Numbered from the stretch's first letter, positions 51,181 to 60,083 are shown. The stretch is DNA of 64,000 bases from Patescibacteria group bacterium (GCA_018897195.1 JAHILH010000006.1:2152-66151), one strand, 5' to 3'. Program-made: numbers and translations. The notes: generated by a model not told the origin, from the letters alone.

Positions 51181-52440
51181 ATGGCTGAGAATATTATTGC
51201 CGGACTTGATGTCGGCTCAACAGAAATTCGTTTAGTTATCGGTCAACATGATCGAGAAGACAAGCTCCAAATCATCGGTGCGGTCTCTGTGCCGTCACAG
51301 GGAATTAGTAAGGGAGTAGTCAAAAGCATAGAGGATGTTACATCTTCTATTTCAGAGTGTCTAGAAAAGGCCGAGAGATTGGTGGGTGTGCCGGTTGAGA
51401 GTGTTTGGGTGAGCATTAATAGCCCCTTTGTACGTTGTGAAAAATCTCGTGGCGTTGTGGCAGTGAGTCGTAGTGATGGTGAGATTAGCCAGGACGACAT
51501 TGAACGCGCGCTTGAAGCAGCACGTGCTTTATCTGTGCCACCAAATTATGAAATTATTCACGTTGTGCCTGTTAAATTTATCGTTGATAACCAGGAAGAC
51601 ATCAAGGACCCAATTGGCATGACCGGTGTTCGTTTGGAGGTGGTAACCTTAATTATTCAAGGTCTATCTAGCCAGATCAAGAACTTAACTAAAGCTATTT
51701 TTAGAACCGGTTTAGATATTGACGATTTAGTGCTGTCGCCATTGGCTGCTGCTGAAGCAGTAATCGGTTCACGCCAGAAAGAAATCGGCTCCGCTTTGAT
51801 TAATATTGGCGCTGCAACAACTTCGTTGGCTGTTTTTGAGGAGGGCGAGCTTTTGCATACAGCCGTTATTCCAATTGGCTCTGATCACATTACTTCCGAT
51901 GTCGCGATTGGCTTACGTTGCCCAATTAGCCTAGCAGACAAGATTAAAATCAATTTTGGTTCAGCTAATCCGGAGAAATTTACCGAAGACAAGCAATTCG
52001 ATATACGCAAATTAGTCGAAGAAGAAGAAGCACAGGACGAGGTGACCGAAATTTCAGCCAGATATTTGTCAGAAATTATCGAGGCGAGAGTAGAAGAGAT
52101 TTTTGAAAAAGTTGATTTAGAATTAAAGAAAATTGAAAGATCGGGCATGTTGCCAGGTGGCGTCTTTTTAGTCGGTGGTGGCACCAAATTAGCTGATATT
52201 ACTGATGTTGCGAAGCGTCATTTACGCCTACCAGCTTCTTTGGGTAGAAATACCAATATTAGTACAATTATCGACAAAGCCAATGATACCGAATTTTTAA
52301 ATGCTTTGGGATTGGTGGCCTGGGGTGATCAAACTAAGGATAACAGCTCCAAAGGTTTTAGCTTAAAAATGCCGAAAGGCGAATCAGTGGCTAAGATTGC
52401 AGAAAAAGCTAAGAAGTGGATTCAGTCATTAATACCGTAA
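51181..52440 (+). CDS. ftsA: Cell division protein FtsA
   Basis: GLDVGST, DPIGMTGVRLE, NIGAATT, IIEARVEEIF, amphipathic C-terminus; precedes ftsZ. Confidence 0.96.
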   Translation: MAENIIAGLDVGSTEIRLVIGQHDREDKLQIIGAVSVPSQGISKGVVKSIEDVTSSISECLEKAERLVGVPVESVWVSINSPFVRCEKSRGVVAVSRSDGEISQDDIERALEAARALSVPPNYEIIHVVPVKFIVDNQEDIKDPIGMTGVRLEVVTLIIQGLSSQIKNLTKAIFRTGLDIDDLVLSPLAAAEAVIGSRQKEIGSALINIGAATTSLAVFEEGELLHTAVIPIGSDHITSDVAIGLRCPISLADKIKINFGSANPEKFTEDKQFDIRKLVEEEEAQDEVTEISARYLSEIIEARVEEIFEKVDLELKKIERSGMLPGGVFLVGGGTKLADITDVAKRHLRLPASLGRNTNISTIIDKANDTEFLNALGLVAWGDQTKDNSSKGFSLKMPKGESVAKIAEKAKKWIQSLIP

Positions 52441-52534
52441 AAAGATTTCTTTGATGTCTATTGATTTATTCGCCTCGATTATATATAATCTTCTTATAAA
52501 CAAATTTTAACCTATAATTATTAATAACTATAAT

Positions 52535-53776
52535 ATGGCTGAAATTAAACCAGCAGTTGAGACATTTGCAAAAATTAAAGTGGTCGGCGTCGGTGGCGGT
52601 GGCGGAAGTGGTGTAAACCGTATGGTTGATGCTGGTGTTAAGGGAGTCGAATTTATTGCTGTTAATACTGATGTGCAAGCTTTACACTATAATAAAGCCT
52701 CTAAGAAAATTCATATTGGAAAAGCGGTTACTAGGGGATTGGGTGCTGGTATGAATCCGGAGCTAGGAAGACAGGCAGCCGAAGAGTCACAGAATGAAAT
52801 CCGAGAAGCTTTAAAAGATGCTGATATGGTTTTTGTTACATGTGGCTTAGGTGGTGGTACTGGAACAGGCGCGTCACCGGTTGTGGCCGAGATTGCACGC
52901 GACTTAGGCGCTTTGACAGTAGCAGTGGTAACCAAGCCTTTTTCTTTTGAAGGTGCGCAACGCAAGAATATTGCTGAGCGTGGTTTGATGGAATTGAGCG
53001 ACAAAGTTGATACGATTATTACCATTCCCAATGATAAATTATTACAAGTGATTGATAAGAAAACCTCATTATTAGATGCCTTTATGGTAGTTGATGAGAT
53101 TTTGCAACAGGGTGTTCAGGGTATTGCCGAATTAATTACCATCCCAGGTTTGATTAACGTCGACTTTGCCGATGTTAAAGCAGTTATGTCTAATGCTGGA
53201 TCCGCCCTGATGGGTATCGGTACGGCGAGCGGTGAGAATAAAGCAATTGAAGCGGCAAAGGCAGCTATTAGTTCACCAATGTTGGAAATGTCTATCGAAG
53301 GTGCTCGTGGCATCTTGTTCACCATTACTGGTGGCGAGAACTTGAGCATGATTGAGGTTAATGAAGCTGCTAAGATTATTACCGCCTCGGCTGACGAAGA
53401 AGCGAAGATTATATTTGGCACGGTGATTAATAGCAAAATGAAGGACGAGATAAAGATTACGGTAGTGGCGACTGGCTTTGATAATCCACTACACGGTCTT
53501 AAGGAAGCAAGTGTTAGTGACCGAGCCTATGTTCCAAGCTCCTATATCGCTGATCGTGATAAAACATCTCGAACAGCTGTGGCGACACCGGTAGCTATGG
53601 ATAACAGCCCTTTAATAGAAGAAGATAATTATGCTATTGAGAGAAGAAAAACAAAACCATCACCGCTAAAAGCGGCTCAAGCGGAGCCAGCACAAAAGAA
53701 AGAGATTGTCGGCCGCGAAGGAGAAGATGATGAAGAATTAGGTATCCCGGCGTTTATTCGGAAGAAGATGATGTAA
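52535..53776 (+). CDS. ftsZ: Cell division protein FtsZ
   Basis: [25 protein letters not shown]-terminal IPAFIRK. Confidence 0.98.
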   Translation: MAEIKPAVETFAKIKVVGVGGGGGSGVNRMVDAGVKGVEFIAVNTDVQALHYNKASKKIHIGKAVTRGLGAGMNPELGRQAAEESQNEIREALKDADMVFVTCGLGGGTGTGASPVVAEIARDLGALTVAVVTKPFSFEGAQRKNIAERGLMELSDKVDTIITIPNDKLLQVIDKKTSLLDAFMVVDEILQQGVQGIAELITIPGLINVDFADVKAVMSNAGSALMGIGTASGENKAIEAAKAAISSPMLEMSIEGARGILFTITGGENLSMIEVNEAAKIITASADEEAKIIFGTVINSKMKDEIKITVVATGFDNPLHGLKEASVSDRAYVPSSYIADRDKTSRTAVATPVAMDNSPLIEEDNYAIERRKTKPSPLKAAQAEPAQKKEIVGREGEDDEELGIPAFIRKKMM

Positions 53777-53792
53777 TTTTGAATAAAATATT

Positions 53793-53825
53793 AAAAAAGA
53801 GCTATTATTAGCTCTTTTTTGTTTT
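53793..53825 (+). terminator. Intrinsic terminator
   Basis: aaaaaagagcta-ttat-tagctctttttt. Confidence 0.8.
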
Positions 53826-54001
53826 GGTTTATATTTTAGTTCCTTGGTTTGATTTTACTTGCCAAATAGCTTGACTTTTTGCTAATATTGTGATAATAAT
53901 AGCATATTAAATTACATTGGTATTTATCGGTGTTTTAGGACATTGACAATGGGCGTCTCGCCCTAAATAAAGAAAAGTCCAAGCGGACTAAGGAGGCAGA
54001 G

Positions 54002-55150
54002 ATGCGCAAGGTACAAATACTATGGGTGGCAATTTTTTGTCTTTCAGTTAGCGGCCTGGCTTGGGCAGAAATCAATGGCGCGAGTCTGAGAATTACCGGC
54101 TACAAGGCCGGTGAAACAACGATTAGCGAGGAGACAAAAAAATCGTTGCACAAGACTGTTGCAGACCTGGATAAGAGCTTGTTGAGCGTTAAAGATCAGT
54201 CAAAGCTGAGTCTTACCGTAGCGGGTGCAGCTGATGACAATGACAAAAACGATTCTTCTTTGGGTCGTGTGCGGGCAAACGGAGTAATATTTGTATTGAA
54301 AAGTCTTTATCCGCAAGCCAAGATATCAGTAGTGCCGTCCAGCGGTACTGATATTAAACCAGGCGAAGTTCTCGTTTGGTCAAAGCTGGAAACAGCTCAG
54401 GCTGGAATGATTACGTCTGCACCAGCAAAAATAGCGGTGGTTAAAAAAGAATCCGTTAAAGTGGAACAGCCCAAGATGGAGTCAGGGCCAGTCATTAAAC
54501 AGCCGACGCGTTCCAATTCTCAGGAAACGTCATGGTTTAATGTCCAATTGGTAGCATCTGCGCTTACCTTTGTCGGTCTTCTTGGCGTGATTCTTTTTGT
54601 CTATAAAAAAATCCCAAAACGTCCCGATGTTGTTAGTAAAGGAACAGAAGAGGAAGTGTCTGATTCGGGGAAGATGGGAGAAGAGCCGAATGTGTTAGAT
54701 GCCATAATCAAACCAGCGACAATGGTGCCTGCGGTAGAAGTTGTTGTTGAGAAAATTGAAGAAAAATCGGCGCCGGTCTTGGTGGCGAATAGTCTTGCCG
54801 AAATTATCGAAGTCGATGTCCCTGGTTTTATTGTCAAAATTGAAAAATTACTACACGATAATATTGTAAGACTTGAATCGCCTTTTACTACGCTTACATT
54901 GGGTGTTGATAAAATGATTCCAAAGACTTTACTTTTTGATGATACACCCAAGGGTATGGAGGAGTTGAAGACATCTTTAAAAAAGTGTCTTAATTCTGTT
55001 CAGTATAGTGGACAGAAGGATGATTTGTTGAGAGCTGAAGTTGTGAGAAAGAGCTTGCCCGCAGCATCAGTAAAAACATCGAAGTCATTGCATGTTGTTG
55101 GGGCAAAAGCCGCTGAGCCAGCAGTCGCTGCTCAAAAGGTTGGTGGGTGA
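54002..55150 (+). CDS. Secreted/membrane protein with a degenerate OmpA-like domain, TM and cytoplasmic tail
   Basis: Signal peptide (AWA), LTVAGAADD...SLGRVRANGV..L resembling OmpA_C, internal TM followed by KK; strong AAGGAGG upstream. Confidence 0.6.
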   Translation: MRKVQILWVAIFCLSVSGLAWAEINGASLRITGYKAGETTISEETKKSLHKTVADLDKSLLSVKDQSKLSLTVAGAADDNDKNDSSLGRVRANGVIFVLKSLYPQAKISVVPSSGTDIKPGEVLVWSKLETAQAGMITSAPAKIAVVKKESVKVEQPKMESGPVIKQPTRSNSQETSWFNVQLVASALTFVGLLGVILFVYKKIPKRPDVVSKGTEEEVSDSGKMGEEPNVLDAIIKPATMVPAVEVVVEKIEEKSAPVLVANSLAEIIEVDVPGFIVKIEKLLHDNIVRLESPFTTLTLGVDKMIPKTLLFDDTPKGMEELKTSLKKCLNSVQYSGQKDDLLRAEVVRKSLPAASVKTSKSLHVVGAKAAEPAVAAQKVGG

Positions 55151-55203
55151 TTAATCTGGGCGGAAGATAAAACTTCCGCCTGTCATTTTTAAGGAGGTGC
55201 ACG

Positions 55204-56004
55204 ATGGCGACCAAACAAGAAAGAAGGTTACATTATACGATTATCCTGCTGGCGATATTGCTGGCGGCAGCCCTTGGTGGCTGTGGTTATTATTACAACA
55301 AGATTGCTGGCTTTGAAAGTCAGAAAACAGAAGACATTGTAAAACTGAACAGGGAACATGCAACTGAATTGGCGGTTGCCAAGGGCAATCTTAAGGCAGC
55401 CGAAGAGAAATTAACTGTGGCTGAGGGAAAGATTGCCAAGTTTAGTGAGAAAGAGACGGCGTATAAGGAGAAGATTGACGAACTTAGGGGGGATGTAGGG
55501 CCTGGTAAACAGAAACAGGCATTAGCGCCAGCCAAGAAATCAACCCCAGTTGCATCGCCTGAAAAAAAGAAACACACAATCGTAGCAACTAATTCGCAAA
55601 AGACTATTGTTGCCGCGAAAACGATAAAGACTGTGCATAAAACCAGGCCGGCCAAGAAAATGAAGCCCCGTCACATTAAAAAGGCTCATAATCACAAAAA
55701 TGTTGGCCATATTAGCAAGAAGAGTAGTCATGGCAAAAAGCATGCGCACATCAACAAGAAGACTAGCCATGCCAAGAAGCAGCACAAGAGCACAATGAAG
55801 AAACATGAAAAAATTCAGACCGTTGTCAAAGACTTGTCTTTGTCAGCTCTTTGTGAAGAGCAGAGCGTGGATCGTCCTTTTTTCCTACAGTTGACGAAGG
55901 ATGCGGTTACGTATGGCTATACTGCAAAAGTGTGGGAAGTACAGCATGGTTCGACCAAAAATATCCAGATCTTGCTGACGAGTTCGGAAATGCCAAATTC
56001 GTAA
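55204..56004 (+). CDS. Membrane-anchored coiled-coil protein with Lys/His-rich region
   Basis: N-terminal hydrophobic anchor, coiled coil, KKxHxxK-type low-complexity tract; AAGGAGGT upstream. Confidence 0.65.
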   Translation: MATKQERRLHYTIILLAILLAAALGGCGYYYNKIAGFESQKTEDIVKLNREHATELAVAKGNLKAAEEKLTVAEGKIAKFSEKETAYKEKIDELRGDVGPGKQKQALAPAKKSTPVASPEKKKHTIVATNSQKTIVAAKTIKTVHKTRPAKKMKPRHIKKAHNHKNVGHISKKSSHGKKHAHINKKTSHAKKQHKSTMKKHEKIQTVVKDLSLSALCEEQSVDRPFFLQLTKDAVTYGYTAKVWEVQHGSTKNIQILLTSSEMPNS

Positions 56005-56059
56005 TCAGACAAGTCTGTGTTTAAGATTTAATTTCTGAAGTTGGCTTGTATAATCTCGT

Positions 56060-56340
56060 AATCAAAGGGAAGCTTTGAATAAGATATAGCAAAGACTAAG
56101 AGCAAAAGTTCTTAGTATTATATGTCAAAATTCAAGCAACAACTATCTAAATCCCTTAAAAATAGTTTCGAATAAACCGCAAAATTAGAAGTGGGTGACG
56201 CTAGGAGCAAAAGTTCCAGGTGCCTCATTATTCAGAGATGTACGCGGTGATCAAAAAGTTTAAGACAGTTCTGGAAATGGGCTGTTATACAATGAGTGGT
56301 TACTTAAGAGCAAAAGTTCTTGGTGCCACTCATTTTTTAT
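56060..56340 (+). ncRNA. Candidate structured RNA with three GAGC-AAAA-GUUC-capped hairpins
   Basis: Identical 12-mer at 56100, 56205 and 56308, each capping a stem with G-U pairs; TATAAT at 56049 upstream; last hairpin followed by a T tract. Confidence 0.5.
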
Positions 56341-56354
56341 TTTTAAAATTTGTA

Positions 56355-56363
56355 TGATATAAT
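56355..56363 (+). promoter_or_regulatory. Extended -10 element, probably giving a leaderless transcript
   Basis: TGATATAAT ends 7 nt before the ATG at 56371. Confidence 0.5.
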
Positions 56364-56370
56364 GAAGTCT

Positions 56371-56712
56371 ATGAACAAACAACGATTATTATTAATATTT
56401 ATATTGATTTTTTTATCCAATATTACCAGTGGATGTGTTATTGATAACAATAGCAACAAAGAGCAGGTGCGTAGTAAAAATGTTGATGGCAAAACTGTGG
56501 GCTACGATAAAACGCTAAGCAAGAATATTGCGGTGAAAAAAGTAACCATACTAGATGGTTGCATTGGTTGTGGTGTTTGCGCAAAGATTGACCGGGAACA
56601 TTTTGTAATAGCTGCTCATCGGGCAAAAGTAATATCTCAAAATAATTTAGAGGCGCCATTGTTGACGGCAGCGATTAAGAATTGCCCAACCGCCGTAATT
56701 GCGTTGAATTAA
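56371..56712 (+). CDS. Single-cluster ferredoxin with lipoprotein-like signal peptide
   Basis: MNKQR-LLLIFILIFL-SNITSG-C, then CIGCGVC...NCP. Confidence 0.75.
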   Translation: MNKQRLLLIFILIFLSNITSGCVIDNNSNKEQVRSKNVDGKTVGYDKTLSKNIAVKKVTILDGCIGCGVCAKIDREHFVIAAHRAKVISQNNLEAPLLTAAIKNCPTAVIALN

Positions 56713-56715
56713 TTT

Positions 56716-57210
56716 ATGTTCCTAGAAACCCACACCTTCTTCGCCAACTTGAGTTGGATATTGTTGATTATTATTCTTGTCTCACGACCCTTGGCAGAAA
56801 TTACCAAAAATAAGATCTTATTTCGAGTTTTGCGCTATCGAAAACAATTGGGTGTAATCTGTGGATTAGCAGCTATTGTCCATGTACTATTCTTTTTACT
56901 TGGTAGCGGCTTGGCAGGAATTTATTTTTTAGATGCCGAGTTTTGGTCATTGCAAAATTTCTATGGCTGGGGGAGTTTAGCCGTGGTGGCGATGCTGTTT
57001 CCGCTTCTTACTTCTAATAATTTTTCCTTGCATTTTTTTGGCAAATACTGGAAAAAAATTCAGCGGGGAACCTATTTGGTTTTTATCGCAACCGCTATTC
57101 ATATCGCCATGGTCAAAGATGAGTGGTTTGAGGTGATGGGGCCGGTGCTTATTTGGTTATTTCTATGGACCTGGGCAGAGCTTAGGAGACGAAAAAGGTT
57201 TAAAGTTTAA
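56716..57210 (+). CDS. Ferric reductase-like/MsrQ-like transmembrane protein
   Basis: RPL, YRKQLGV...AIVH, LLTSNN...WKKIQR..Y...AIH. Confidence 0.8.
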   Translation: MFLETHTFFANLSWILLIIILVSRPLAEITKNKILFRVLRYRKQLGVICGLAAIVHVLFFLLGSGLAGIYFLDAEFWSLQNFYGWGSLAVVAMLFPLLTSNNFSLHFFGKYWKKIQRGTYLVFIATAIHIAMVKDEWFEVMGPVLIWLFLWTWAELRRRKRFKV

Positions 57211-57221
57211 TATTTAGCAAT

Positions 57222-57884
57222 ATGAGCATTTTTAAACATAAGGCTATTAAAAAAGTTTTAGCACTGACATTTTTTTTGTTTTTGATGGTGAGCATCTTTG
57301 GGGCCTTGTATTATTTTCGTGAGACTGTTTATTCTTCAGTGGATCAATTGGCTTTTTTTATAAAAGAGCATATTTTTGTTGGAATTCTCGCATTTGTTCT
57401 CATTTCTATTTTGGCCGTTGTTTTTTCTCCGCTCTCTAGTCTGCCGTTGGTGCCATCTGCCATTATTGCCTGGGGTGATTTTTGGACCTTTGTTTTTTTA
57501 TTATCAGGCTGGTTTATTGGATCCTTGGTTGGTTATTTTTTGGGGTATTTTACACGAGAGGGGGTTTTGGAAAAATTTTTTTCACTTAAAAAGATTGAGT
57601 ATTATAAAAGTCAAATTTCGCAGGATGCACAATTTTTATTAGTTTTGATTTTTCGTTTAGCCATTCCTTCTGAGATTACCGCTTATACATTGGGAATTGT
57701 GCGATATGATTTGAAAAAGTTTATGATCATTGCTGTTCTTTCAGAATTACCCTTTGCCTTGTTGGTTGTTTACTCTGGCAGGGCGGTCTATGATGGCAAT
57801 ATTTTTCTTTTTATTGGTATTATTACCTTTGCCTTGGTTTTTATTACATTTTTCTCCCTTTTGCTTAAGAAGAGATTTAAATAA
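57222..57884 (+). CDS. DedA/VTT (TVP38/TMEM64) family membrane protein
   Basis: SPLSSLPLVP..IIAWG, GSLVGYFLG, FRLAIPSEITAY.LG. Confidence 0.82.
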   Translation: MSIFKHKAIKKVLALTFFLFLMVSIFGALYYFRETVYSSVDQLAFFIKEHIFVGILAFVLISILAVVFSPLSSLPLVPSAIIAWGDFWTFVFLLSGWFIGSLVGYFLGYFTREGVLEKFFSLKKIEYYKSQISQDAQFLLVLIFRLAIPSEITAYTLGIVRYDLKKFMIIAVLSELPFALLVVYSGRAVYDGNIFLFIGIITFALVFITFFSLLLKKRFK

Positions 57885-57907
57885 AAATGGTCAATGAGCT
57901 TGGTAAC

Positions 57908-57946
57908 TTATCCACAATTGACCAGATTTTAAATCTGGTGTATAAT
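57908..57946 (+). promoter_or_regulatory. Promoter with adjacent DnaA box and palindromic spacer
   Basis: TTATCCACA (57908-57916), TTGACC-17-TATAAT (57918-57946), inverted repeat ACCAGATTT-T-AAATCTGGT (57921-57939). Confidence 0.7.
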
Positions 57947-58162
57947 ATAGTTATATCTTTGTAGGGCTGTGCAAAAGAGTAACAGTGCTACGAAGAAAAT
58001 CGCTAAAAATAAGCGAAACAAAACAAAAAGCAAAATAAAAATCAAAAAATAAAAACAAAATTGACAATTAGATATTCTTGAATTGGTATAAGGAATTTTT
58101 CGGTAAGAGGGGATTGAAGTGTGTGATTTGAGTCAAAACTAAATAGGGATAAATTTTTTTTG

Positions 58163-58193
58163 AAAATGCTTTTTGTTGAAAGGCATTTTTTTT
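58163..58193 (+). terminator. Terminator-like hairpin inside the long leader
   Basis: aaaatgctttt-tgtt-gaaaggcatttt followed by a T run. Confidence 0.55.
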
Positions 58194-58439
58194 ATTGCTC
58201 TGCCTTACGAATACACAAACCTCTTACAAAAGTGATTTTGTAGAAGATTCGTTGATTCGTGGAAAATAAATCCCCATGCAATCGGCAGAATGCTTATAAA
58301 AAGATTTAATTAATAAATCCCCATGATTTCCATTGTCTAGGCATAGACGGTGGGCAGGTCGAAGTCAGGGTTTTAAAAGCTACATCCTTTATAGGATGTA
58401 TATAAGCGCTTATATCTTAACTAAAATAAAACAAAAATT

Positions 58440-59480
58440 ATGAAACAAAAAAAATTCATAGCCTCGTTGGCGATTGCTTCTTTGGTGTTGGCCGTAGTTG
58501 GTTATTACCCAGGAGTAAACAGCGCCCAAGCCGTCAATTCGTTAACGGCCGCTAAGGCTCTATTGAGTGAGTCAGCCCCTGGTACGGCTGCAACAACGAC
58601 TATTTCTTTTACCTCAGGAACATCAACTGATGCGACTGGTTATTTCGAAGTGGTTATGCCAGCTGGTTTTGGCGATGTCTTGGTTGGTAACGTGACTTGT
58701 TCAACTGGTGCTGCTAGCGCGTTTAACACAGAAACAATTCGTTGTACTGGTGTTCAAGCCGCTGGTGTTAAAACTATTACCTTGGCCAATACAACTAATC
58801 CGACAGCAACTACAAGTCAAGTTATTAATATTGCTCACTACGATGTGGCTGGAAATTTAGCAGAACGGGTACAGGTTGTTGTACAAATCATTGATAATGT
58901 TTGGATGACAGCGCGTGTTGACGCTACCTTAACATTCACAGTGGCTGGTATGAATAAAGATGCCACTGTTAACGGTGCTGTTTGTACTGCTACCACGTCA
59001 GCAACTTCGACACCGTTTGGAACCTTAATTCCAACTATTCCATCAACTGTTTGTCAGGAATTGAAGGTGACAACTAATTCATCTGCTGGTTTTGTAGTCA
59101 CAGTCGAACAGGATACAGAAATGACATCTGATGGTAACGACAATATTAATAGCTTTAAAGATGCTGCTGATGGTGCTGGTTTGGGCGTAGCTGAGGCATG
59201 GGTTTCTCCAAGTACAGTTCTTGATAATGATTGGACTTATGGTCACATGGGTTTAACTTCAGATGATACAACTGTTGTTGGCATGGATTATAATGGTACA
59301 AAGTATGCCGGTCTTATTGGTTCAAGCGTTATGAATGTGATGACACATGATGGTCCAGCTGATGGATCAACTCAAGATAAGGGTAGAGTGGCAGTAGCCT
59401 ATACTGCGGAAATTAACGCCTTGCAACAAGCGGGTGATTATGAAAACACACTGACTTATATTGCGACACCGACTTACTAA
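58440..59480 (+). CDS. Secreted Thr/Ala-rich surface protein, WxL-like C-terminal domain (paralog 1)
   Basis: Signal peptide (AQA), ELKVTTNSSAGFVVTV, ends AGDYENTLTYIATPTY. Confidence 0.75.
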   Translation: MKQKKFIASLAIASLVLAVVGYYPGVNSAQAVNSLTAAKALLSESAPGTAATTTISFTSGTSTDATGYFEVVMPAGFGDVLVGNVTCSTGAASAFNTETIRCTGVQAAGVKTITLANTTNPTATTSQVINIAHYDVAGNLAERVQVVVQIIDNVWMTARVDATLTFTVAGMNKDATVNGAVCTATTSATSTPFGTLIPTIPSTVCQELKVTTNSSAGFVVTVEQDTEMTSDGNDNINSFKDAADGAGLGVAEAWVSPSTVLDNDWTYGHMGLTSDDTTVVGMDYNGTKYAGLIGSSVMNVMTHDGPADGSTQDKGRVAVAYTAEINALQQAGDYENTLTYIATPTY

Positions 59481-59508
59481 TATTTGATTGCCCTCGGGCA
59501 TGATTTTG

Positions 59509-59548
59509 CTCCCTCCTTGGGTTAATAACCCGAGGAGGGGTTTTGTTT
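59509..59548 (+). terminator. Intrinsic terminator
   Basis: ctccctccttgggtta-a-taacccgaggagggg followed by ttttgttt. Confidence 0.8.
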
Positions 59549-59683
59549 GTCCACAGGTCTAATGAACTTTATTTTTTTAAATGAAATATTCAGCCATTGC
59601 TTAATAATTTTTTTTATTTTTTGTTACTAATTTTAGCCCACCGTTGGGCTTTTATTGTTTTCATTTTACTTTAATAATATGGT

Positions 59684-59713
59684 ATGACAAAATTGGTAAA
59701 AATATGTTATAAT
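59684..59713 (+). promoter_or_regulatory. Sigma70 promoter for paralog 2
   Basis: ATGACA-18-TATAAT with extended TG. Confidence 0.6.
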
Positions 59714-59774
59714 AAGTTTAGTAAGATTTCTCTGTGGACAACATGGAGAAGGTCGAAAATCTTGCGAAAATAAA

Positions 59775-59889
59775 AGCAGTTAAAGTTTAAAGAGGCTTTG
59801 ATTGTTAAAAAAAATATAATATCTAAGATTTAAAGAGGTTTTGGATATTTAAAAAAAATATTTAAAGTTTAAAGAGGCTTTAATTATTT
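59775..59889 (+). repeat. Three tandem hairpins with a conserved TTTAAAGAGG apex
   Basis: 10-mer at 59786, 59829 and 59868; the flanking stems differ in sequence but all pair. Confidence 0.8.
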
Positions 59890-59893
59890 AAAA

Positions 59894-59923
59894 TCCGCTA
59901 TAGCCAAAGCTATAGCGCGACGA
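59894..59923 (+). repeat. Short palindromic repeat, family A (variant)
   Basis: tccgctatagccaaagctatagcgcgacga. Confidence 0.5.
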
Positions 59924-60083
59924 GGAAAAACAAAATAGTTTAAAATAAACTATAAACACAAACAAAAATAAGCTTATTTTTTAATTGATTGCCTAAATAA
60001 CAATCAATTTATCCCTTATAAATTTAAAATAAATTTAATTAATTAATCTGCCTCGGCGGATTGATTGCTTGAATTTTATTCCC

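Noticed and set aside
56095..56325. CRISPR array or integron attC interpretation of the GAGCAAAAGTTC repeats
   Set aside because: The identical part is only 12 nt, the ~92-nt gaps are themselves paired stems, there is no cas or integrase gene, and no RYYYAAC/GTTRRRY ends are visible.
58061..58092. Second promoter TTGACA...TATAAG in the long leader
   Set aside because: The 20-nt spacing is outside the normal range; it cannot be supported without TSS data.
59775..59889. Mini-CRISPR interpretation of the TTTAAAGAGG repeats
   Set aside because: The period of about 40 nt is too short, the linkers are A-rich rather than unique spacers, and there are no cas genes.
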